From Amoeboaphelidium protococcarum X5 (lineage: Eukaryota > Fungi > Aphelidiomycota): a stretch of DNA of 64,000 nucleotides. Below, piece by piece: positions 28,023-38,661 of this stretch. Position numbers and translations under genes: made by a program. The stretch covers positions 224,476-288,475 of the forward strand of contig JALDTO010000162.1 in assembly GCA_023515725.1 (NCBI GenBank), read 5' to 3'. The notes below the pieces were generated by a model. That model made no database searches, was not told the origin of the DNA, and worked only from the letters and a program-made list of their open reading frames with translations. The number at the start of each line of letters is the position of its first letter. Position 1 is the stretch's first letter.

Positions 28023-30989
28023 TCAATTATCATGAGGTTGATAATGTAGAGTGTCGTGGGAAGCCATCGGGGTCATTGATGGAGTGTGCAGCTCATCGTC
28101 ACTGAGAGCAGAAGTGTAACCAGAAACCTGAGGGTCGACGCCAGTATAAATGTCACGCGTCAGGACGTTTCTTCGCATATTCACCAGATCGGATTCATTC
28201 AGGAACATTTAGTGTTATCTATCAACAGCGGCATTAGTACCAGATTAAGAAGAAATGCGGTCCAAGCCTAAGCCTTATTCTTCAGCTCGACTATCAGTTG
28301 GAGATGCATGATCGCGGAATGAAACACGCTTGGAAGAGCCTTTAGACGACTTGCCACCGTATCCGCTCTTCAAACGCCTCTTGTTTTCATTGATGGCATT
28401 TTGCAGAGGATTTTAAGCGTTAAAGTCTCCATTAATCTAAACATGTGCTTCATGGTATTCACTCTGGTCATCATCCTCAATTTCTAAATCATTGAGAGAC
28501 TAGAATCGCCTAGATCTTGTGTCTTATTGCTATTACTGAAATTGGGTGAAGATTTAATCCACCGGAGTAATTTTACTCTCACGACGTACTCGAATCTCGC
28601 TACCACCGACTCTGTACTCTGCTCCAATAGGCAGACTGATAGTGGATGGGATGTTATCCTCATCTCGCATTTCCGGCACAGTAACGAAATACTTCTTCTT
28701 CTACATCTTCTTACGCATCCGCTGCTTCTTCTTTCTCTTGCGCTACTCTTCCGTAGTCTCAAACATTTCCATCAACCACTCTCCTGATAAATTAATTGCG
28801 TGCTTCGCCTCGGGTAAAAATGCCTTCATGTTCAAGTAAGCATGAGATAAGCCTGCATAGATTTTGACGGTCACATGCTGAGTAGAGTCGCGATTAATAT
28901 CTCCATACTCATTCTCTTCCTCGTCGTCATCATAATCATCTGAATCAGAAGAAGCTTCTGCAGCAAATCGTGCATTAATTTCAGCCAGCCGTTGAGCAAC
29001 GGCAGCGCGAGAGCTTGACGGCTGAGATGGCAAGTCCACGTCGTAGTCAAGATCAGAGTCATCAGATCCGGTGAGTATAGACCAAGTCTATTAAAACCAA
29101 CTTTTTCGCGGCTTTACGTCCTACAAACGACTGGCACTATCAACTGAGCCAATATCATCTAGAGAAAAGAAGGATGGGGATCTAATATGAGCATTAGGCA
29201 CCATATTAGGACTATTTCCATGAGTGACATCGCTCTCTGCATCACTGAAGTGGCCAGACGCGAAATTCTGCTCCATCCTCTCCTAAATGGCATTTCTCAC
29301 TCTGGTGGCAAATATGACAGTATCATCAACAAATGGATCGCACTCACCACACATCATCCACATCCTGGGAAATTCTGCCAGAATATCATCAGGACAATTG
29401 ACCGGAGATAGGAAAATGTCAGTAGCCGGATTCGCTTTGGTCTAAGTGCCCAAATACAGCAATGCCATGGCTCTAGACAACTCTGGAGTAATTATACGAT
29501 CATTAAAGTACGACATTCTAGACGTCACTGACAAATAAGGAACATCAATACCAGTAAAACTTTCAATCCTCACAGTTTAAGTATCCTGACCTGACAATGA
29601 ATTCCGCTTTTACGCATGAGAAGTTACTCCGTTAAGTACAGAGTTGTCATCTTGAGACTTTCCAACTGATCCATTTAGGACTTGAGAACCGCCAGTAGAT
29701 ATGCTTGGTTCATTCTGAGGAGCAATCCAGGAAGCCATATCAAAATTGAGACATCCATAGGCAATGAACAATCCAACCGGCATCCAGAGATTATCATTCT
29801 AATTCGAAATTTCACCGTTCAGTATACTATTGCTAGATGAGGTGAATTAAAGTCCAAGTGGAATCTTGCGCACCTACTTCTTTTCCCGCAGTGCCAAAAT
29901 AACTTTGATCGTGACACCAATAGCAAAATTACCACCTGCTGAATCGCCGGCAATAGAAATTCTCAATCTTCTAAAATAAGGCAATTACTGCTGCTTACTA
30001 TTATCCAACGGACGGCTTTAATTGTTGTACAAAGACGATTACAAAGATGCCGTGTTAACACCTATAATGTGACCATTTGTCTAACACAACTACTTGAAAA
30101 TCTCAAAACACTCCTCCAGCGCATACGGATAAGGAAACTCTGGTGCTTTACCATAATCAACTGATAAAATGGCCACTTTCTTGCCCAACTATTTGGCCCA
30201 ATCTCTAATAACCTCCTCGTGGTTCTCAGGCGCCATGCAGACAAATCCACCGCCAGGCAAGTGCAAAACCAGATTGTGTACATACTACAGCTCTTCCTCA
30301 CTACCACTATAATATAGCTTTACTCTAGTGGACTCATTCCAATTAGGAAATTGCGTCTTCAAATCCTGTGATAGTCTATCAATTCTCATTTCCTTGACCA
30401 CACCTATGCTTTATCTAAAGGGGAAAGTCAAAGTCCACAAAATAGGACTTGTGACTTTGTTCCATGATATTCTCATCAAATCAATAGTGCACTAACCGCG
30501 AATACTCTTCACCTTCTAATCGGCGCCTTCAGCATCGAACAGATAATACGCGGTAAAGATTAAGCCCATAAAGTGACGCAGAAAATGAGGACGAATCCTC
30601 TCAGCAGTCCAAAAGCCGGCATCCAGAGCAGTCAGAATCCAGGTAGCGCGATAGAAGTTGCTGCTATAATGTCTTGCGTAAACTTCTGGAGCATTCAAAC
30701 CGCAGAGAAGAAAGAACTTTGAGGCAACGTGACGAGCCAGCAAAGTGATCACCACAACCTGCCATGTCTAGTACTAACCGAAATACTTTTACAGCGGTTG
30801 AAACATTCGAGGAACATTATTCTCATTACGCTTGATAAATTGCCACCTACATTTATAAATAAAGTATTAAACAATGGGCAATATAGTTTATTAGAAAATG
30901 AATATAACTTACGAGGCAAAGATGACAAATAGCACTTCTAATCTTTTCCATGTCGACGATGGCCGTCCAACCAAGTGATCAAGCCCCAT
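28023..30989 (-). CDS. Hormone-sensitive-lipase-like alpha/beta hydrolase (966 aa; intron 30847-30912)
   Basis: Oxyanion HLPGGGF, nucleophile GDSAGGN, acid CGECDPFVDD, His in YAGLSHAYL; fungal-type N-terminus DHLVGRPS. Confidence 0.9.
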
Positions 30990-31566
30990 TTTTAAGTAAA
31001 TTGATAGATACAATATGATGATAGAATTTTATCAAATCTTTCGCAGAATTAATGCTAAATTGATAGTCTAGACTATAATGGAATCTGGGGGAGGGAAGGT
31101 TAATGCCGACAATGTTGTTTTGTTGATTTGAAGATGATGCTGATGATAAAGGAACACCGTGTGAAAATTTCAACTTTGCGCGTGATATTGAAAGCGTGCT
31201 TTAGAATCGTGCTTAAAAATAGCTTTAAACCTCTCATCATCATCACTCTATAACCTTCTGCGTATATTTCCTTGATGAGCTCCAGATCCTTTTGAAAATT
31301 AATTATTGATCATTGTGTGAAGTAATTTTCTTTGAATTAATTTTTGGTGCACTTTCATTTCTGTTGGTTCGAACACATCAGTTTGATCTTTGACTGACCA
31401 TTCTATCTTCTTTTTCAGAGCAGCAAAGGGTGGCGAAACTATTTTTCAACCTTAGCGGGAACGATCAATTTGCTTCATTTTCTCGCTCTAACCGTATTAT
31501 AGCTAGATTCGTCATTACTAATTCGCTTTTAGTAGTGAAATTTTTATTATTAAAAGAATAATAAGT

Positions 31567-33598
31567 ATGGGTACTAGAAAGAAGGAAAAGAATAGATTGG
31601 AGGCTGAGAAGGGATCCGGCAAGTAGCGAATTATAAAGCCGTTGAAGGGTGAGAATTTCTATCGTGATGCCAAGAAGGTGAAGCAGGTGAACATGCTGAA
31701 GAGTGGAAAGCCTATTAGAGATTCTAGTGGTAAGATTACGAAGCCCGCTGCTTTCTAAGGCACGCTACCAAGTGGTACTGTCAGCAGAATCTAGCCAGAT
31801 AGAAGATGGTTCGGTAATACGCGTACTATTGGCCAGGCGCAGTTGGATGAGTTTAGGCAGGCAATAAATAATAAAATGCACAATCCCAATGAGATTATCC
31901 TGAATCGCGCCAAACTTCCAATGTCTCTCTTGGTGGACTCGGTGAAGACGGCCAAGATGAATATTCTGGAGACTGATCCATTCAGTAAGACTTTTGGTGC
32001 TAAATCTCAGCGAAAGAGGCCAAAGTTGAGCATTCAATCGCTGGAAGAGATGGCAATGAAGGTGGATGAGCAGGTTGAGAATTACGATGTTACTGCTGAT
32101 AAAGATTTGGTGTCTAATAAGGAGATCCTTGCGGAGGCTGGTAACGATGCTGCGAAGGAGTGGTATGAGAAAGCTGGTTAATCGAAGCGTATCTGGAATG
32201 AGCTGTATAAAGTTATTGACTCTTCTGATGTTATTATTCAAGTTCTTGATGCCAGAGATCCTTTGGGAACTCGATGTAAAAGTGCAGAGAATTTCATTAA
32301 GAAGGAGTGTCCACATAAACACGTTATTCTCGTGTTGAACAAGTGTGATTTAGTCCCAGTCCAAGTTACGGTAAGATTTATATATTTGAGGGGGATTGAT
32401 ATACTTGTATATGGCGCCTAATATGGAATATATACGCGCTACATCACTGCTATAGACCAATCCATAATTAGTCATGACATTCGGCTTTATATCCAGTGTT
32501 GTTTGTCAGTTACAATTGTGGAAAATTAAATTTGAATTCACTCTGCATCTGCGTCAATCTTGTTATAAGATTTTGTAGGTGTCTGTGAGTTCTATCTAGT
32601 TATCGACATGAGAGTAGTTGCCGATTGTGCATTGAGTTTGTGTCTATGAGCTCATTAGCCTCTATATCGGTCAACTTGGTATTTTGATAGCATATCCCTA
32701 TTACTTACTGGTCTAGTTCAGTGATACTGCTCTGATATTCCATATTTGGCCTCAGTATAGATATCAATTCCCTCACCTTATAAAATGATACTAATCTTGT
32801 TATGTGTAGTCAAAATGGGTCAAGATTCTGTCTAGGGAGTATCCTACTCTGGCTTTCCACGCGTCAATTAATCATTCATTCGGTAAAGGCTCTTTAATCA
32901 ATCTCTTGCGTTAGTTTGCCAAACTTCATCAGGATAGAAAGTAGATCAGTGTTGGTCTGATCGGATACCCTAATGTGGGTAAGAGCTCAATTATCAATAC
33001 TCTTAAATCCAAGAAGATGTGTAATGTTGCGCCTGTGCCTGGAGAGACCAAGGTTTGGTAGTACATTACATTAATGAGAAGAATATATCTTATCGATTGC
33101 CCGGGTGTTGTACAACCCAACTCTGATGACGATGAGACCAGTATCGTACTAAAAGGTGTAGTCAGAATTGAGAATATCATTAATCCAGAGAATCATATAG
33201 AGAGAGTGCTTCAACGCGTCCGCAAAGAGCACATTGTGAAGACTTATGGAATAGAGTCATGGGTGGATAGCATGGACTTTCTATCTTAATTGGCACACAA
33301 GACTGGTAAATTGAACAGAGGTGCAGAACCCGACGTCCATGTTGTCAGCAAGATGATACTGACTGATTGGATCCGTGGCAAGATTCCATTCTTTGTCCCA
33401 CCACCTTAGTCTTCCTCAGATGATGCATCGGAAAATGGCGATGATAATGCCGTCTCCTTTGAAGTCGTTGATCGGGATGATCAAAGTGCAGTCAGTATCA
33501 CCCCCTCTGTGGAAGCAGATTCTCAGCCACAAGTGTTTGTATCAGCTTCAGTCGAGAACGAAGAGTCCGAAGCACAACTCATTACCGCCGATAAATGA
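31567..33598 (+). CDS. NOG2: Nucleolar GTPase Nog2/GNL2 (530 aa; long intron 32371-32809)
   Basis: [51 protein letters not shown][TAG=Q]YITL, DCPG. Confidence 0.97.
32459..32697 (+). ncRNA. snR191: Intronic box H/ACA snoRNA, snR191/U19(SNORA74)-like, guiding LSU rRNA helix-69 pseudouridines
   Basis: Hairpin 1 pocket AGTCA (32470-74)/GTTAC (32509-13); H box AAATTA (32523-28) 14 nt downstream; extra central hairpin; last hairpin pocket GAGAGT (32610-15)/TGGT (32677-80) then an ATA box (32692-94). Pockets are complementary to H69 GAGUAACUAUGACUCUC. Yeast NOG2 intron hosts snR191. Confidence 0.88.
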
Positions 33599-33833
33599 TT
33601 CTTTAATCAATTGATTTTCCCATCTCAACTCTTCTAATTGTCGGTGTTCTCCTTACGCTCGGCTTATGAAAGTTTGGTTCAGCAACTCCTCTTTGTGGAA
33701 GTTTCGCGCCAACTAACGATCGCCCGATCATTCTCGCGGCTTCGTCGTTTCTCGCTGGACAATTACAGTTATTACCACAACTTGGATTAAAGTTAAAGAC
33801 TAATCGAATAATTATAATAATAATAGATTTAAT

Positions 33834-35207
33834 ATGGATGAAGAGTATGATGTCGTAGTTCTGGGTACTGGTCTGACTGAGTGTATACTCAGCGGTCTCT
33901 TGAGTATCGAGAAGAAGAAAGTTTTGCACATGGACAGGAACAACTATTACGGCGCAGAGTGTGCCTCGCTGAACCTGTCCTAGATGTACTAGTAGTTTAA
34001 GGCTGATGAGTTTAGCTAGATGCAAAGTAAAGTGCCTTCTTTATTTGGTCGTGAGAGAGATTTCAATCTGGATCTGGTGCCAAAGTTTATTATGGCAAAC
34101 AGCGATCTGGTCACCATTCTGACTCGTACTGATGTCACCCGTTACTTGGAGTTTAAGTAGATTGCCGGTTCGTATGTCTATCGCAGTGGTAAGATTTACA
34201 AGGTACCTGCTACTGCTATGGAGGCTGCATCTTCTGGTCTGATGGGATTCTTTGAGAAGGGCCGCTGCAAGTCATTCTTCACCTATTTGTAGAATTACAA
34301 GTATGATGATAAGAGCACCTGGCAGGGAATGGATCTGAACACTGTCACCATGAGAGAGGTGTTCAAGTATTTTGGGTTGGAGAGCGGAACTCAGGACTAT
34401 GTTGGACATGCTCTGGCTCTGTACTTGGATGACAATTACCTGGATCTTCCTGCCAAGGAGACTCATGAGCGTATTAAGCTGTACGTCCAATCTTTGTCTA
34501 GATATGGAAAGTCGCCATACATCTATCCAATGTATGGATTGGGTGAACTGCCTCAAGGTTTCGCACGTCTGGCTGCCATCTACGGGGGTACTTATATGCT
34601 GGATAAGAAAGTTGACGAGATTGTGTATGAGAGCGGTAAGGTGGTGGGTGTTCGCTCTGGCGATGAAGTTGCCAAATGTAAAGCTGTGATTTGTGATCCT
34701 TCCTATGCTCTAACCAAGTGCCAGAAGACTGGGCGTATCATTCGTGTAATCTGTCTGTTGGACCATCCTATTCCTAATACTGGTGATGTTGATTCGGTCT
34801 AGATTATCGTGCCATAAGGTTAGGTGCCTGGACGTAAGAGTGACATGTACATTGCCTGTGTCAGTGCTGAGCACTGTGTCGCCGGCAAAGGCTGGTGGGT
34901 GGCTATTGCCAGTTGCAGCGTGGAGTCTTCTAATCCTGAGGCTGAAATTCAAGTTGCCTTAAACTTGCTCGGTCCGATCAAGGAGAGATTTGTCTCTATT
35001 GTTGATTAATATGAACCGCTTGAGTCTGGTGTGAATGATAATTTGTTCATCACCAAATCCTATGATGCTACCAGCCACTTTGAGACTGTTGTTCATGATC
35101 TGAAGAATGTCTACTAGCGTTACAGCGGCCAGCCTCTAAGTCTGGATCAGAATGTGCGTCAGAGTGTAGAAGAAGAGCAGAAAGCAATGTCTTCAAACTA
35201 ATAATGA
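33834..35207 (+). CDS. GDI1: Rab GDP-dissociation inhibitor (457 aa)
   Basis: [74 protein letters not shown]; SVQIIVPQGQ uses TAG/TAA/TAG. Confidence 0.98.
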
Positions 35208-35441
35208 TTTAAGTTTCGTGTGAAGGTAATACAGTTCGTTAATATGAATATATTCGAGCATTAAAATTTTTCGGATGTTAATTACTGACTGTCGGCCAAT
35301 TTTGAATACCGTTATAAGAAAATTCTGGTTATGTTAATACTCACTATACAATCTATATCACACTAGAAAATCACTAGATATAAAGTAGCGCGTTAGAACT
35401 AAAATAAAAAGTTATGCATATCAAACCTAAAACATTTAAAA

Positions 35442-35975
35442 TCATATTTCATTCTGCTAGCCAGAAATGTCACCCTTGATCAATGCACAACCAATCTAGT
35501 TCAAAAGATCTGACCAGTTTGAATCGAGCCGCACCTAGCAAATCATTCCATCTCCAACAGCATCTCTTGGCTTTGGTAGACCGACAGAGAGATTCTACTT
35601 GACGGGAGTGAGGGCTTTCTTGACATCAGTGGCAAAGCTCACCTTGTAGCATTTATTACGAAACTCAACGTAAACATTGTCAATTTGAGATCTCTCTTGC
35701 AGAATAGTGCCAACAATAGTCGTGCCATCACAAGTGAGCAGTTTACTCGCGTATTTATTATCGGCGGACGGCACACTAACCGTGCGCATTTCATCGACAC
35801 AAAGATTCTCAGACTCAGTGATCAAACTTTGCTGCGAACTCGTGGCAGGTTTCCTACCAGGAGAGTTTGATGGCGATGATCTACTGTCCGGGCGTGGAGC
35901 TTGAGGCGGAAAGGGAGGAGCGGCGCGCGATAACGCAACAATGAGCAGAGAGGCAATAATAATAATTTTCAACAT
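35442..35975 (-). CDS. Small putative secreted protein (177 aa), unknown family
   Basis: Signal-peptide-like MLKIIIIASLLIVALSRAAP; reads through TAG 35595 to TGA 35442; has a tandem paralog upstream. Confidence 0.8.
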
Positions 35976-36327
35976 GTTTGTATTTAAAGGACTCTAGTTT
36001 ATTAAGTCACTATTTAATATATGAATAGATTTTTATAATATTCAAAGAGAAAGAAGAAGAAGAGCAGTTGTAGAATCCAAACAATTCGTGTTCTGGTCCA
36101 TAAGTAACATCTGACTTGATCAGCAGTCGACCATGGTTCGCCGCCTGATAACACGAGTGATCTTATGTTACACCGCATTACCTTTGTGATCACGGTAGTC
36201 AGTCTATTCCGAAAGATCAAATCATTGCACATCGTAATAAGATTTACCGGCTAAAGAAGACTCGTCCAAAACACTATAATCTGATTATAGTCAATTTTTA
36301 TTTTTATTTAAAGCTCATTATTGTACT

Positions 36328-36947
36328 TCATAAATCATCAGGTCTAAGATAAGTGTCAACTTCATTATTGGCAAATGCACAACCGACCTTGTTCATGAAA
36401 TTAGTTCATTTGTCATCAAAGCGCACCTCAATTACCTTTTCATCTGTGGTATGTGTCGAAGCTAAGGAGTTGTTTTAATCCGTGGCTTTACTTAAAGCAC
36501 TTTGTATCCTCTCAAGCTCTTCAGGCATTATAGTCATTCGATCGTACCTAGTAAGAGTGAACGGCTCGGACGCGTTGGCAGACAAGCCCACTTTGTATGC
36601 CATGTTATCATACTCTGCGTAAACATTAGTCACCTCAGATATCTCCTGCCATATAGTGCCAACAACGGTTGTGCCATTACACGCAAGCGGTTTGTGGGCA
36701 TACTTATTCGGATAGTGCACCAGATTGCCTTCCTGAACGACTGAAACACCGTCAATGCGGAGAGTTTGTAGCAGCGAAAACTCGGGACAATAATTGCAGT
36801 GGTGAGCTCGGTACCTATACCACTAGAATGTCCCAAAACAGTAGGATTTTCACCGGCAGGCTGATACTATGGCTGGATTAAAGGAGCAGCGCGAGACACA
36901 GCAGTGATAATGGTTGAAACAAGTAGAGATTAAACTATGACTTTCAT
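36328..36947 (-). pseudogene. Disrupted paralog of the 35442-35975 secreted protein
   Basis: Shares SRAAP, NKYA.K.L.C.GTT.VGTI.QE, NVY.E...YKV and VR.D...N..GCA. The N-terminus and core are in different frames (shift ~36770-36850), and in-frame TGA 36406-36408 aligns to a Trp of the paralog. Confidence 0.75.
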
Positions 36948-37387
36948 TCTTCTATTTATCTATATATTACGAAATTGACTATGAATAAATTGACTATATC
37001 TTGTATAATATATCTAAAAGGGGAAAAGAGGATCTAATGTTGATAGACATACAACTACTGTAGATCATACTTTACTTATGCAACTGTAATATGGCGCGCG
37101 TAACTCCAAATTCATGTATCTTAGTGAAGACATACTGCAGCGTATAAAATTGGATTAAAATTTTGAGATTTCAAGTTATTAATGAGCAATACTAAAGTGT
37201 AATAATCTACTCATATCCCGGCTCAAATTCAATGACTAGAAACCAGAATGTGAAGTTCTAGCGGGAGTGAACTGAACCTGCAGCTTCATAGCTGGCTATC
37301 TTATATTTCATGATATACATTGAGTCGCTAATTATTCAGTAAGTAATGAATATGCAACTGGAGCAAAAAATACAGCTCAGATACAGT

Positions 37388-37392
37388 AAAAA
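37388..37392 (-). terminator. RNA polymerase III oligo-T terminator of tRNA-Leu
   Basis: TTTTT on the minus strand 5 nt after the discriminator base. Confidence 0.65.
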
Positions 37393-37397
37393 TAAGT

Positions 37398-37478
37398 TGC
37401 ATCCTGTGAGACTCGAACTCACGCCCCTTGCGGGATTCGAGCTTAAGTCGAACTGAATGGCCACTATCAGAAGAATGC
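37398..37478 (-). tRNA. tRNA-Leu, anticodon UAA
   Basis: Acceptor GCATTCT/AGGATGC+A, D-loop AGTGG, anticodon stem TTCGA/TCGAA with loop CTTAAGC, long variable arm TCCCGCAAGGGG, T arm GTGAG-TTCGAGT-CTCAC. Confidence 0.9.
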
Positions 37479-37631
37479 TACCGAAATTCCATGAAAATTT
37501 CCGCTCATACTTTATAAGTAGTACATTAGAATTTTCCGTACTTACCATGAAAGACTGCGACATAAAGCTAAACTAATTAAAGCCCTATGTTGAAGATATA
37601 AAGGCACGGTTAAAGAAAATTCAAACTATAT

Positions 37632-38346
37632 TCACATCTTTCTCAACATCAAATACACGTTATTTCCAACGTCAAACTCTGAAAACTTCCTAGCGTTGCT
37701 ACTTTCCAAAGACAGTAGAAGACCTCCAAATGACACATAAACCTATCTACACACGATGAACAATGTTTGAATATTCATAATGTGAAATCATATACTTGGC
37801 ATGATGGATTATAGAACACGTATAGATGTATGCAAAGTGTGACCGAACAGATTATTAAAATGCTATCTGTAAGGTGTCTATATGCACAATGATGGATATA
37901 GCGAGTCATTAAAGCACTGCATGCATGGAAAAGCGCGCAATGGAGTCAACCTCGCGTCAATGATAGCCATAATGGTACCATAGAATAAAAAATCTTATAC
38001 GAAATCCTAAAGATCCATCATGCCAGAGTATAATAATAAAAACTTACGTTAGATTATTATGAGTGTCAAATTTGTACACCTTTCCATACATGACATACTC
38101 GTAGGCGTCGGCAGCATTCTAATCCAAATCGCTAGTGACAACTACAGATATCTTCTGGCCCTTCTCTAGCTAGAGCAATTCGCTGTTGAAATCAAGCATA
38201 ATCGAGTCTCCACTAGCAGCACCGCCAGCAATAGGAGCGACGTGTCCAGCCACTCGGCCTTCCAATCGACTCACTCTGTCAAACTTCTTTCCATCCTTGT
38301 CGATAGAAGAAATACTGAACGTGTCCTAATACAACACCTTTCTCAT
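37632..38346 (-). CDS. RPB8: RNA polymerase I/II/III shared subunit RPABC3 (137 aa; 301-nt intron 37747-38047)
   Basis: DKDGKKFDRVSRL, ADAYEYVMYGKVYKF, VYVSFGGLLLSL, VYLMLRK. Confidence 0.95.
37824..37985 (-). ncRNA. Candidate structured intronic RNA (possible H/ACA-type snoRNA) in the RPB8 intron
   Basis: Oversized intron closed by an inverted repeat; two internal hairpins (GCGAG/CTCGC; TGCA..ACAGAT/ATCTGT..TGCA) followed by ACA+3 nt. No canonical H box found. Confidence 0.4.
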
Positions 38347-38661
38347 GACAGTTGAGTTGATGATGAACTAGACTAAAGGCAATAAGTAATCCACAGCGAA
38401 AACGATGAAAAAAGTGCAGAGAGATAATCAAAGCACCGATCTGCTAAGGTTACGTTCTCTTGATTTGCTCGCTAGCTCATCACACCCTTTCGCTTACCTT
38501 TGATATGAATGATCTCCCGTTTCGAGTCGTCGTGTCGCGTCTTAATCGTTCGTTCTCACTTTCTTTGGTTCCGCGGTTCCTTCATCTGAATACATTAGAA
38601 GTTGAACTTAATTCTTTTCTTTTCCCCTTTATTTATACTCTTTGGAACAGGATTTAAAGCA

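Noticed and set aside
36406-36408. TGA aligned to Trp as evidence of UGA=Trp or Sec recoding
   Set aside because: Single case in a gene that also has a frameshift; TGA terminates all intact genes and Trp is TGG elsewhere.
37398-37478. tRNA with TAA in its anticodon loop as the stop-decoding Gln tRNA
   Set aside because: Anticodon UAA reads UUA (Leu); the long variable arm and A73 are Leu features. Decoding UAA/UAG needs UUA/CUA anticodons.
37336-37563. 75-aa minus-strand ORF
   Set aside because: Overlaps the tRNA-Leu gene; no protein features.
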